Below, one piece after another: positions 1-11,200 of a stretch of 64,000 bases of DNA. Under the pieces are notes generated by a model. It saw only the letters and a list, made by a program, of their open reading frames with translations, was not told where the DNA came from and ran no database searches. The DNA comes from Candidatus Zhuqueibacterota bacterium. GTDB taxonomy: Bacteria > Zhuqueibacterota > Zhuqueibacteria > Thermofontimicrobiales > Thermofontimicrobiaceae. Every line of letters starts with the position of its first letter. Positions within the stretch are counted from its first letter, which is position 1. Position numbers and translations under genes: made by a program. The stretch lies in assembly GCA_049322915.1 (NCBI GenBank), contig JBMOPW010000014.1, forward strand, positions 954,774-1,018,773, given 5' to 3'.

Positions 1-6
1 TAAGGG

Positions 7-1932
7 ATGAGAACTCCTGTCGATCAATTTTTCCGGCTCATGATCCTGCTCGGACTTTTCGTTTTCCCGACAATGGGTCTGTCTCAACAATTTATCGAAT
101 TTAATTCCGGGCGATGGGACCTGTCAAACGCCACGCTGGTCGATTTCCTGGGTCGAAAAGCGATGATGGGGACAGCGGTTCTGACCGATGTTGTCTTTGG
201 CGATGGCGTGATTGAGGTGGACATGGCGGTGACTGGCGGTCGCTCTTATCCGGCCATCAATTTCCGAATAGTGGATGACGATAACTGCGAGCGTTTTTAC
301 ATTCGACCCCATCGCGCCGGGCTGTACCCTGATGCGCTTCAGTACACGCCGGTGTTCAACAAAGTGGCAGGCTGGCAATTGTATTCCGGCGAGGGATTCA
401 CCGCGGCCGGCAACATCCCGGTCAACCAGTGGCTTCATGTGAAGATCGACGTGAAAGGCAGTCAGGCCCGCGTATTTTTGAATGGCGCTTCGGAGCCCGC
501 TCTTGTCATTCATGACTTGAAGCACGGTGTCGCCACCGGGAAACTCGGATTGTCCGGCCCGAGGGATGGTTCTGCCTATTTTTCGAACTTCTGCGTGACG
601 ACGGAGGAGTCGCTGAAATTTGAGCAACCCGTCGCGGATGCAACGCCGGCCGGCATGATGATGGATTGGGAAATTTCGAAGGTCTTCAACGCCGAAAAAA
701 TTGACATTGAAGTGATTGATTACCCCGGTTTTTACCAGATTTTTTATGCCGGCTGGCAACCGGTGAAGGCTGCATCATCTGGATTGGTGGACATTGCCCG
801 ATTCGTGAAAAGAAATCCGCAGCGCCCGGAGTGTTTACTCGCGCGGACCATTGTGAATTCGGATGAAATGCTCGACGTTAAACTGACCTTCGGGTACAGC
901 GACGAGGTCACGTTGTTTCACAATGGTAAAAAATTGTTCTACGGCATGAGCGCGTATCAGTGGCGCGATCCATCGTTCCTGGGCATTGTCGGATTGAATG
1001 ACGTCGCTTTTCTGACGTTGGAAAAGGGACTGAACGAAATAATGCTGGTTGTGAAAGAGAGTTTTGGCGGCTGGGGATTCATGATGAAGGCGGACACCAC
1101 ATTGACGCCGCCGAAGAAACAGCACGACCGCGTGGCAAAGGCCTGGGAGACCGAGGCTGTATTTCTGACGCCGGAATCGGTGGTGTACGATCCGGGCCAG
1201 GATGCGCTGTTCGTGAGCAGCTTTGACAATCGATACAAGAAAGACGCCGGGCCGGAAGAGTACACCGGCTTCATCTCGAAGTTGAAGATCACGGGTGAAA
1301 TTGAGGCGCTGAAATGGGCGGCTCCGCTCCATGGTCCTTGTGGATTGGCGATTTATAAGAAGAAACTGTACACTGTGGAGCGCTGCAATCTCACGGAGAT
1401 CGACCTGAAGACCGGTAAAATTTTAAAGCGCTACCCAATTCCCGGGTGCGATTTTCCCAACGATCTGATTGTCGATTCGGACGGTTCGGTGTACATTTCC
1501 GACACCTCGCCGACCGACCATCGCGCCAGCCGCATTTATAAATTCAAAGGTGGTACATTCGAAGTCTGGGAACGCGGAGGTGAAATTCGCCGCGCCAATG
1601 GCCTTTTCATTCACGAGGGTAAACTGCTCATTGGCAACACCGGCGATGGGTGTTTTAAATCCGCTGATTTGGCCACTAAAAAAATCGGGACCATTGCCTG
1701 TCTTGGAGCCGGAGTCGTCGACGGCATTCGCGTTGATGATCGCGGCGATTATCTCGTTTCCCACTGGGAGGGCCAACTGTATCGGATTTCTCCGGCCGGT
1801 CGCGTCACCGAACTGCTGGACACCATCGGCGACATCAACCTGGCTGATTTTGAATACATCAAAGAGAAGAAATTGCTGATCGTCCCCACATTTGTCGGGA
1901 ATAAAGTTGTTGCCTACAAACTGATTGACTGA
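7..1932 (+). CDS. Secreted multidomain protein: N-terminal DUF1080/ConA-like beta-sandwich plus C-terminal SMP-30/gluconolactonase-like beta-propeller
   Basis: Signal-peptide-like N-terminus. The C-terminal half has typical propeller motifs (TPESVVYD, FPNDLIVDSDGSVYISD, ANGL, DGIRVD, ADFEY). Confidence 0.65.
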   Translation: MRTPVDQFFRLMILLGLFVFPTMGLSQQFIEFNSGRWDLSNATLVDFLGRKAMMGTAVLTDVVFGDGVIEVDMAVTGGRSYPAINFRIVDDDNCERFYIRPHRAGLYPDALQYTPVFNKVAGWQLYSGEGFTAAGNIPVNQWLHVKIDVKGSQARVFLNGASEPALVIHDLKHGVATGKLGLSGPRDGSAYFSNFCVTTEESLKFEQPVADATPAGMMMDWEISKVFNAEKIDIEVIDYPGFYQIFYAGWQPVKAASSGLVDIARFVKRNPQRPECLLARTIVNSDEMLDVKLTFGYSDEVTLFHNGKKLFYGMSAYQWRDPSFLGIVGLNDVAFLTLEKGLNEIMLVVKESFGGWGFMMKADTTLTPPKKQHDRVAKAWETEAVFLTPESVVYDPGQDALFVSSFDNRYKKDAGPEEYTGFISKLKITGEIEALKWAAPLHGPCGLAIYKKKLYTVERCNLTEIDLKTGKILKRYPIPGCDFPNDLIVDSDGSVYISDTSPTDHRASRIYKFKGGTFEVWERGGEIRRANGLFIHEGKLLIGNTGDGCFKSADLATKKIGTIACLGAGVVDGIRVDDRGDYLVSHWEGQLYRISPAGRVTELLDTIGDINLADFEYIKEKKLLIVPTFVGNKVVAYKLID

Positions 1933-1973
1933 AAACCGGAGGTTCACGGAACCGCCATTCACACGAGGAAGCT

Positions 1974-2582
1974 ATGACGAGGACGAGATTTTTTATTGCC
2001 CTGTGCCTGATTCTTTTCGCGGCGCTGCCGGAATCACTGATCGCCCAGAATGAATACCGCGATCGAATGCAACGGCCGGAAGCCATTATGGATACGGTCG
2101 GAATAAAGCCGGGCATGGTGATTGGCGAAGCCGGCGCAGGCGATGGGTACCTGACTTTCTGGCTGGCCCGGCGCGTGGGAGAAACCGGAAAAATCTACGC
2201 CAATGATATAAACGAAAAATCGCTCCGGAAAATTGAGGATCGCAGTAAAAGGGAACGAATCTCCAACATCCGGACGGTGGTTGGCGACGTCGATGATCCT
2301 TTATTTCCCGTGAAAGACCTGGATCTGGTCATTATGCTGATGGCGTTTCATGACTTTGAACAGCCGGTTCAATGGTTGAACAACCTGACCCATTATTTGA
2401 AATCCGGGGCCAGGCTCGTCATTGTGGATAAAGACCCGGATCGATGGGGACAGGGGCATGGCCATTTCATGACGAAAAATAGGCTGCTGGAGACAGTTCA
2501 AAAATCGGATTTTGCGATTGAGCGAATTGAGACCTTCCTGGAGCAGGACAATATTTATATCTTCTCGCGCAAAAATAAATGA
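1974..2582 (+). CDS. Class I SAM-dependent methyltransferase, probably exported
   Basis: Glycine-rich motif I (IGEAGAGDGY), IYANDI, hydrophobic N-terminus. Confidence 0.85.
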   Translation: MTRTRFFIALCLILFAALPESLIAQNEYRDRMQRPEAIMDTVGIKPGMVIGEAGAGDGYLTFWLARRVGETGKIYANDINEKSLRKIEDRSKRERISNIRTVVGDVDDPLFPVKDLDLVIMLMAFHDFEQPVQWLNNLTHYLKSGARLVIVDKDPDRWGQGHGHFMTKNRLLETVQKSDFAIERIETFLEQDNIYIFSRKNK

Positions 2583-2759
2583 GGCAGTGGGACTTTTCAC
2601 CGGCAAAAGAAGCTGAATATCAGCAAGGCTCTCTCGTTGCACCGGAGGCGTTTTATTAACTGACGAAGGCATATTCGAAGCAACAGCCATCGGGTGATTT
2701 GTTGCAGGCGCTGACTTCTTTTCAGGTCGATCAAATCCAACGCGCAGTTAGCATGCCCC

Positions 2760-4469
2760 TTATTTTAAAAGCAGCATTTTTTTTGAATGCTGCCGGGCAT
2801 CGACAATGAGGCTGACAAAATAGACGCCGGAGGCGACATTCTCCTGAGATTGATTTTTCCCATCCCATGTCAGCGTGTGTTGCCCGGCGGAAAATCGGCC
2901 CGAGCCAATCGTCCTGACAAATGCTCCGTCGAGATTGAAGATCGTGACGTGCGCATACTTCGGAGCGTTCAGGATAAAACAGATCGACGTGGAGGCGTTG
3001 AAGGGATTGGGATAGTTGGGTAGCAGGCGAATATCCTGTTCCGGGTGAGGTGATTCTGAAGAGACGTCCGAACTGCTGATTTTCAAATCCACGGCATCGC
3101 CCTCCTTCAAAAAGGAAAGCCGCGCGTTCACAAATCCCCGGTAGTTCGTGGCGCGATTTGCAGAGCGGACATAGGCTGGCGCAAAGTGAGTGATGCTGTT
3201 GGTCTTCAAAACGTAAGCGACGCCGTGCGCAACCGTTAAAATTCCCCCGGCGGAGATGTTGACATCGCTGTTAAATTCGCTGTTATCCCGATCCCCGTTG
3301 AGATAGAGAACGCGATAGCCGGGATGAGCTGCGCAGGCCCACATGCCTCCGATCCAGCGATTTTCGAAATAATAGCTTTCACGGGCTGGGTCTTCCCACA
3401 TGAGTTTGTGGATGATCACGGTATTGGGCACAACATTCGACCCTGCGGATTTTGAAAGGGTCCCGCGCCAGGCAGCGCTTTCGCTGGATGTGAGATAATT
3501 GACGACATCACTGCCGGCGTTTGGCGCATCATCGTCGACGCCGCTCAGGTTGACGGCAGTGAAATTATTGTCCACGAATATCGTTGAAATCGGGTTCAGA
3601 TAAGGGCCGGGATCGATCAGTTCGCGGTGAGCCAGATCAAAGACAGCGCCCCGGGGCAGATGATGAAACACAATGTCGGTGAACGTCAGCGGTTTTCCCG
3701 GCTGGCAATCGATCGTGGATGTTTCGCTCTGATAAAGGATGGAGACAGTGGCGTCGCCGAAGACAGTGGCCAGTCGGGATTCATCCACGCATAAAGCGGT
3801 ATTCTCGCAGATGCCGATGCCCATGATATTTTTCTGACCGTTGTCCACGATGCGGCGGGCTAACATGGGAACGAGCCGGGTCAGCCGGCCCCGCGGGAAA
3901 AAGTGAGAATCGGTCAGAACATCGGGAAGGAGATTTAAAAAATCATCGGTGAGGTGAATGTCCGGCGTGTAGGAATTGTACGCCGACTCGTCCGGGTACA
4001 GATAGCCGCCGGTGGCATCGTAGACAACCTGTCCCAGGACTGCCAGTCCGGCGCTCGTTCCACCGATGACGCCGCCGTGGTTGAAGACGTGGTGAATAGC
4101 ATCTTCCACCAATGTCCCTTTCCACGTCAGCACATACTCGCTCTGGTCGCCGCCCTCCAGGAAGATGCCTTTGGCCGAGATCAATGTGTAGAAGGTAGCC
4201 GAGTCATTTGCCGCAGTTTTGCTGCTGATTCGGAGTGCTTCGCTAGAGCTATCCGCGCCCAGCGAGATGAAGTATTCAGGGTATTCCGGACTCGCCTGGT
4301 CCACATCGATATTGATGATCTTTCCGAAATCCGCTTTTTCAATGAACCAGGTGAAGGGCGCGTCAGCCCAGGAACTGTATTCGCTGCCGCCGCCAACCAT
4401 GAGCAATGATCCCTGGGCGTGCAAAATGAACGGCGCGAACATACACAGAATGAACAATGTCAATTTCAT
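2760..4469 (-). CDS. Secreted cyanophycinase-like S51 serine peptidase with C-terminal FlgD-Ig/sorting domain
   Basis: Motifs LLMVGGG, IFLEGGDQ, GGTSAG (nucleophile), TDSHF, GICENTA. C-terminus has NYPNPFN...WDG...SGVYF. Signal peptide present. Confidence 0.8.
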   Translation of the reverse strand: MKLTLFILCMFAPFILHAQGSLLMVGGGSEYSSWADAPFTWFIEKADFGKIINIDVDQASPEYPEYFISLGADSSSEALRISSKTAANDSATFYTLISAKGIFLEGGDQSEYVLTWKGTLVEDAIHHVFNHGGVIGGTSAGLAVLGQVVYDATGGYLYPDESAYNSYTPDIHLTDDFLNLLPDVLTDSHFFPRGRLTRLVPMLARRIVDNGQKNIMGIGICENTALCVDESRLATVFGDATVSILYQSETSTIDCQPGKPLTFTDIVFHHLPRGAVFDLAHRELIDPGPYLNPISTIFVDNNFTAVNLSGVDDDAPNAGSDVVNYLTSSESAAWRGTLSKSAGSNVVPNTVIIHKLMWEDPARESYYFENRWIGGMWACAAHPGYRVLYLNGDRDNSEFNSDVNISAGGILTVAHGVAYVLKTNSITHFAPAYVRSANRATNYRGFVNARLSFLKEGDAVDLKISSSDVSSESPHPEQDIRLLPNYPNPFNASTSICFILNAPKYAHVTIFNLDGAFVRTIGSGRFSAGQHTLTWDGKNQSQENVASGVYFVSLIVDARQHSKKMLLLK

Positions 4470-4985
4470 CGCATTGGCTTTCAGTTTATTTCGTCAATGA
4501 ATCGTTATTTGGTTGGGATTTATAAGAACGACCATAATGAAAATTTTGACTTCATCATTAGTGCGTTAGCGTCAGGTATTCACACGTGGCTATCAAATTA
4601 TCCCGGCATTGTTCCGATATATACAAAAATCATGTAGGTAGCAACTCAACGCACGTATTCCAGAAGCAGCTGGTTGATTTTTGGAGACCACGATAAATTG
4701 TGGTGCTGGTACAATTTTGAACCAGCGACATGCTTCAGCATAGCCACCTGATGAGTTACTCATGTTGATTAAATTAATTGATGTTCGTTGTTAAAGCAAT
4801 GCCTGAATGTACAACCATGATTTCAATTAAGCAACAATATTATGAAACGTGAGCGAATATTTCCCGTACTAAAATCACCAATTTAAAAAGTGACATTCCA
4901 AGAACTTACTGACGTAAAAAATATTTCGGCACTTCTCAAGTCTTTGAAAATTTTCCACTCAATCATTCATTATGGAGGTTGACAC

Positions 4986-7900
4986 ATGACCAATAAATTA
5001 AAGGCGCTGGCATTTTTTATGTATTTCGTCTGCTTTCCAAGCCTTGGCACCGGCCAAACAGTGCACGATCAAATTCGTGAATTCGAGGCAGCCCGTTTTG
5101 CAAGAAACCAGGGCGCTTTCTCCATGCGCGCAATGAAGGGAGAGCCATCTGATATTGATGTGAGTTACTATCGCATCGACCTGAAAATCAATCCTTACGA
5201 GGAAAATATTTCAGGCAGCGTCTACATGGAGGCCATTTCTCAAATCGCCGGCTTGAATGAAATTTCCCTGGACTTTTTCGACAACATGATCGTGGATTCG
5301 GTGGTTTCCCAGGGAGATACGTTAGGTTGGACTCACTCGGAGAATTCTCTGAATATCACGCTGCCGCAGACGATAGAAATCGATGATTATATCGGACTGC
5401 ACGTTTACTACCACGGTCGCCCTTCGGCAGCCGGCGGATTCAAGTCGTTCGATTTTGGCAGCCACCTGGAATTCCCGATTGTCGCGACCTTATCGCAGCC
5501 ATTCGGCGCCCCGGCCTGGTGGCCCTGCAAAGACGATCCGGCGGACAAAGCAGATTCGGTGGATATCGCGATCACTGTGCCGGACACATTCATCGTTGCC
5601 TCCAATGGCGTGCTTGTCAGCAAGACCGAAAATGAGGACACCACCACAACCTATTTCTGGTCCGAGCGCTATCCCATCAGTACGTATCTGGTGTCTTTGG
5701 CGATCACCAATTACGAGGTGTTTTCGGATTATTATTATTCGGGGACAGACTCCATGGAGGTTCTCTACTTCGTGTACCCGGAAAATGAGGCAGCGGCCCG
5801 CGAGGACTTCACCATCACGGTGGAAGCAATTACGCATTTCTCCTCGCTATTTGGCCAGTATCCTTTCATCGATGAAAAATACGGCATGGCGGAATTTCAG
5901 TGGGGCGGCGCCATGGAGCACCAAACCTGCACCAGCTATGGCCGGGGACTCATTCAGGGGAATCACAGGTATGACAGCTATCTGGTTCACGAATTGGCTC
6001 ACCAGTGGTTCGGCGATCTCATCACCATGAAGCGCTGGTCTCATATCTGGCTGAACGAAGGATTTGCCTCGTATGCCGAAGCCCTGTGGGCCGAGCACCG
6101 GGGAGGGCAGGATTCGTTATTCAATTATATGGACGAATTCGATCAGGGTCTGTTCCCGACATCTGTGTTTGTGTACGACTCCACCAACATCGCAGAACTG
6201 TTCAGTCGAACCGTGTACGATAAAGGCGCGTGGGTGCTGCACATGCTGCGTCACGTGTTGGGCGACAGTTCATTCTTTGAATCGCTGGCAGCGTACCGCG
6301 AGGCGTTTGCGTTCGGGAACGCGACGACCGAAGATTTTCGGGATGTTTGCGAGTCTGTTTACGGCGCGGATTTAGACTGGTTTTTCGAACAGTGGGTGTA
6401 TGGTTTTTTCCGCCCAAGTTATGAATATGCGTGGTCAGATTCTGAGGCTGGTGAGAATCACATTGTCACTCTGAAACTCGACCAGGTTCAGGTGTATACC
6501 GGGCTTTTCAAAATGCCGCTGGATGTGCAGTTGACAACGCTTTCCGGAGATACGACATGTGTCGTCTGGGACAGTCTGGCTTCTCAGACCTTTCAATTTG
6601 TCATGGATGAAGAAGTCATTAAGCTTCAGATCGACCCGGATAATTGGGTGCTCAAGGAATTGCTGATAAAAGACCGGCACAATGTGAGCGGTACAATTTT
6701 CACAGGGGATAAATCGACGCCATTACCGGACGCACTGGTATATTTTTCGAGAATTGATTTGGCCACCTACATGGCGCTTTCTGTGGATACAGTTCACAGT
6801 AAATCGTCGGGACACTATGACATTTCAGTGATACCCGGATTCTATGTTGTCGAAGTTGTAAAACCGGAAGATGGTTATTTGCCGGCTGAGCCCGAATACA
6901 TCGAAATCGACAGAAATATTTCCGGACTCGATTTTGTGCTCACGGCGCCACGAATTTCAACAGGGTACGATTCGCTCCTCGTGTTCCTGGATCAGGGCGA
7001 GAATTTCACCGATACACTGGTGATAGAAAATGCCGGCAATGGTCAATTATTATTCAGCGTTGCGCCAATCCTGAGCGGCGGTATGCTGAAAAGCCCGGCG
7101 AGTTATGCAACGCTTTCTCCTCTCGCGCCGGGATTGAAGATTCCTTTGGGTGAATTGCCTGATATGTCCGGATTGAGGCAAGGAGCAGCGTCCGCTCCGA
7201 CAGGCTCGTGGCAGCTTGTTTACAAAGACCCGGAAGACAATCCAGCCGGAGTTATGGACTTAAGCGAAACCTGGATGCAAATTTCCGGCGGGAAGTTGTA
7301 TTTCAAGGTCAGTTCATTTTATCAATACGCACAGCTCAATCAGTTGGAGTACGATTTGCTGATTGACACGGACGGAAATCCAGATACCGGTATTTTTGCC
7401 GGCTGGCTCGGTGGAGATTACGTGGTTGTGGTGACTGATTTTGGCGGCGTGTTCTCCGCCCTTGCCCGATACACCGGCAGCGGATTCGAGCTTGTAACGC
7501 TGGCAAGTTATGAAAATATGGACGCTGCGAACAACGAGTTTACCACAGCATTTCCATTGACGTCGTTCGGAAGCGCGAAAGTCCTGTCCATGATTTCGGT
7601 GGTGCAGAGTCTTACCAATCCGCTGCTGGATCAGGATGTTGCCCCGAACAACAATTTCGGCTATTTCATTTTCAGCCTGGAGGAAATTCCCTGGCTTCAT
7701 ATTGAGCCGAATTTTGGATTGGTGGAGGCCTCCCAACCAGGCTCAGTCATCATCACCATTCTGCCGGGTGCATTATCCGCCGGTCACTATCATGCGAATC
7801 TGGTGATTGCCAATAATGAAGCGACCAACATGAAAAAAATCGTGCCGATCCGGCTCGATTATATCACCAGTGTGGCGGACCAGGAGACTGTACCCGGATC

Positions 7901-8177
7901 ATTTGCCCTGTTCCAGAATTATCCCAATCCGTTCAATTCGAAAACGCAAATTCGGTATGATTTACCGGCCAAGGGATTTGTGACGTTGGATATCTATAAC
8001 CTGCTGGGCCAAAAGGTTCGGCGGCTTGTTGAGAAAAGCCAGCCGGCCGGAATTTATACGGTGAGTTGGGATGGCCTGGATCATTTGGGCAGGCCTGCCG
8101 GCAATGGCGTTTATTTTTATGTCATAGCTATGGATGATAAAACGTTGCCGGCCCGGAAGATGGTTGTTTTGAAATGA
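4986..8177 (+). CDS. Secreted M1 family zinc aminopeptidase with C-terminal FlgD-Ig/sorting domain
   Basis: GAMEH exopeptidase motif, HELAHQWFG...WLNEGFA zinc motif, YDKG, QNYPNPFN tail, SD GGAGG. Confidence 0.92.
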   Translation: MTNKLKALAFFMYFVCFPSLGTGQTVHDQIREFEAARFARNQGAFSMRAMKGEPSDIDVSYYRIDLKINPYEENISGSVYMEAISQIAGLNEISLDFFDNMIVDSVVSQGDTLGWTHSENSLNITLPQTIEIDDYIGLHVYYHGRPSAAGGFKSFDFGSHLEFPIVATLSQPFGAPAWWPCKDDPADKADSVDIAITVPDTFIVASNGVLVSKTENEDTTTTYFWSERYPISTYLVSLAITNYEVFSDYYYSGTDSMEVLYFVYPENEAAAREDFTITVEAITHFSSLFGQYPFIDEKYGMAEFQWGGAMEHQTCTSYGRGLIQGNHRYDSYLVHELAHQWFGDLITMKRWSHIWLNEGFASYAEALWAEHRGGQDSLFNYMDEFDQGLFPTSVFVYDSTNIAELFSRTVYDKGAWVLHMLRHVLGDSSFFESLAAYREAFAFGNATTEDFRDVCESVYGADLDWFFEQWVYGFFRPSYEYAWSDSEAGENHIVTLKLDQVQVYTGLFKMPLDVQLTTLSGDTTCVVWDSLASQTFQFVMDEEVIKLQIDPDNWVLKELLIKDRHNVSGTIFTGDKSTPLPDALVYFSRIDLATYMALSVDTVHSKSSGHYDISVIPGFYVVEVVKPEDGYLPAEPEYIEIDRNISGLDFVLTAPRISTGYDSLLVFLDQGENFTDTLVIENAGNGQLLFSVAPILSGGMLKSPASYATLSPLAPGLKIPLGELPDMSGLRQGAASAPTGSWQLVYKDPEDNPAGVMDLSETWMQISGGKLYFKVSSFYQYAQLNQLEYDLLIDTDGNPDTGIFAGWLGGDYVVVVTDFGGVFSALARYTGSGFELVTLASYENMDAANNEFTTAFPLTSFGSAKVLSMISVVQSLTNPLLDQDVAPNNNFGYFIFSLEEIPWLHIEPNFGLVEASQPGSVIITILPGALSAGHYHANLVIANNEATNMKKIVPIRLDYITSVADQETVPGSFALFQNYPNPFNSKTQIRYDLPAKGFVTLDIYNLLGQKVRRLVEKSQPAGIYTVSWDGLDHLGRPAGNGVYFYVIAMDDKTLPARKMVVLK

Positions 8178-8231
8178 CATTGGTTTTTTTTAATTACGAC
8201 TCGCATTCATTTATCAGAGGAGAATCGGCTG

Positions 8232-11200
8232 ATGAAAAATAAAAGCATGCAAATCGCTGTAGCGATCATTATGGGCGCCATTTTGTTACCTATGCTGGCC
8301 GTATATTTGGATTTCAAATCCAGGCAACATTCGGGAAACGATCAGCCACGAATGTCCGGCGCAATGGAAGCGCTGAACTTCTGGACGCGCTCCCGCGCTT
8401 ATCCCGGAAAGGACATTTCTGTGGATAAGCATTTAAAGGCGTACGAAAAAGTGAAGATGCAATTGAAAAAAGGCGCTGTGGACGATTCGGAATGGAAGCC
8501 ATTTGGTCCGCACAATGTACCCGGGCGAATGATCGCACTGGCTGTGAATCCCCAAAACGGGAATACGCTCTATGCTGGAAGCGCAAGCGGCGGCCTCTGG
8601 CGGACATTTTCGGCAGCGACAGGTGGAAATTGGGAACGGGTCACCACCGGTTTTCCAACGCTGGGCGTGATGGCCATTGCGATCGATCCGTCGGATTCAA
8701 ACAACATCTTTATCGGCACCGGCGAAGTGTATGGCTTCGATCAATCCATTGGCAGCACGGCAGTTCGTACGATGCGCGGCAGTTACGGCATTGGAATCCT
8801 GAAAACAGAGGACGGCGGTGATACGTGGGAAGCAAGCCTGGACTGGAAATATCATCAGCAGCGGGGCGTGCAGTGCATCCGCATCAATCCGCTCAACCCG
8901 AAAACCGTTTTCGCGGCGACGAGCGAGGGAATTTATCGATCGTTGGACGCCGGCGAAACATGGCACAATGTGCTTGAAGTGCTGATGGGGGAAGATATCA
9001 TCATCAATCCGGCGGATACGAATTTAGTGATAGTGTCCTGTGGAAATTTAGGCAGCCCCGGCGCCGGCTTGTATCGCTCCACCGACGCCGGCACAAACTG
9101 GGATGCCGTCACAGGAATCCCATCGTACACAGGCAAAACATTGATGGATAGGTATGGTTCGGATCCCAATATTATTTTTGCCAGTGTCGCGGACAGCCTC
9201 AATGGGATCGGGTTGTTTCGAACCAATAATTTCGGCGTTTCGTGGACTCAGGTTTACAATTGTTTTACTAATAGCGATATCCCGACCTACCAGGGCTGGT
9301 TCTCGCACTGGGTGGCTGTTCATCCCAATGATGTGTCCCAGGTTATTTACGCCGGCGTGCCCATCAACAAGTCCAACAACGGCGGAATTTCATTTCAGGA
9401 AATCGGCGGTCCCCATGTGGATCATCATAACTATGCGCACGATCCCTACGACCCCAATGTGATTTACATTGCCTGCGACGGCGGCGTTTATCGCAGCAAC
9501 AATTTTGGTGAAAGCTATCAGGACCTCGGTTCCGGACTTCAAACCGGTCAATTTTACAATGGATTTTCAAGCTCGTCCAGCGATTCCAATTTGGCCATTG
9601 GTGGATTCCAGGACAACGGCGTGAATCTTTATTCCGGTGAAATAGACGGCTGGACTACTGTTATCGGCGGCGACGGCTGCTGGACGGCGATTAATCCGCT
9701 GAATGACAACATTATTTATGGTGAGTGGCAATACAATAACCTGATGAAATCTGAAAATCGTGGTCAGTCGTTTGCTTCAGCAGCGACAGGATTGATTGAT
9801 GGGAATGTGGCATTCGTCGCGCCATTCATCATTTCGCCATCCAATCCATCCATTCTGTATTCCGGCAGGAGCAGAATTTATAAAACGACAAATGGAGCGA
9901 GTCAGTGGTTCGCCACGAACAGAAATGTACCGCTGGATGGGAATCCGGCGCTCTCCATGGCCATTTCCGCAACCAACCCTGATGTTGTTTATGTGGGAAC
10001 TGCTCCGGTCTACAACTCCCCGCACATTTTTCGAACGAGTGACGGAGGCGATACCTGGGTGAATGTCACTCGCTTTTTGCCGGATCGCTATCCCATGGAT
10101 ATCGCGGTGGACCCCAATGATGATAAAACTGTGTATGTCGCCTTTGGCGGTTTCGATTCCGGTCACGTTTTTAAAACCACGAATTCGGGCGAGTACTGGA
10201 TGGACATCACCGGCACCTTGCCGGACATCCCAACATCTTCCGTGGCAATCGATCCGCTGAATTCGAACCATGTCTATGTTGGAAACGACCTCGGCGTGTA
10301 CGTATCCACAGATGGAGGAATGACGTGGGAGGATTTCAGCAGTGGCTTGCCGGAAGCAGTCATGGCCATGGACCTGAATATTTCTGCTTCAAACCGGAGT
10401 CTCCGCGTGGCTACACACGGCAATGGCGTTTATCAAAAACCGCTTGTCTATAAACCTGAAATCTATTTGCTGTTCAGTCTGGACCCGTTTCCCAGTGTCG
10501 TGTTAGAAGGAGCGGAAATTGAGTTTGCAGCCTACGTGACAAACATGGGAACCGGAAGGTTGACCGAAACGTCCGCAGCCCAGGTTCGGGTGGTGGATCA
10601 CTCCGAAAATGAAGTCTTCACTGACACGAAATCATTTGAAAATTTGGGACCCAAGGAAACCCAGCGAATTCAGTTCGACAACAATTTTGTGGCGCAGAAC
10701 CTTGGCATTTACACGGTGCAATTTATTTATACCGGCGCTGCGCCCTCGTCCGTTGCCGACACGATTGAACAGGTGGTTTCAGTTGTGACAGCGCCGACGA
10801 TCGCCAGGGCGGGTGTGGAGAAGGAATATCGCGCTTACGATGAAATCTCCGGGGGAACAGTCCTGCCATTTGGCGACGATAGCTACGCACAATTATATCT
10901 GCCATTTGTTTTTTCTTTTGACCAATGGGATTATAATAAAATTCAAATCTGTTCCAACGGCTGGTGCGAATTTGGCGTTGGCCAGGACGGATCGGAGCGG
11001 GGGCTCTCCACGGCTCAACAAATCGGCACAATCGGGGCAAATGAAAACGGCAGGCTTGCCGGGACAGCGCGGCCGTCCAAATCACTGGGCCCGTGGTGGG
11101 AGGACTTAAATCCTGAAGATTCCAGGAATCCGGGACAGGTGAGCTACAGAACAATAGGCATAGCGCCACATCGGATTTTTATCATTCAATGGAAAAATAT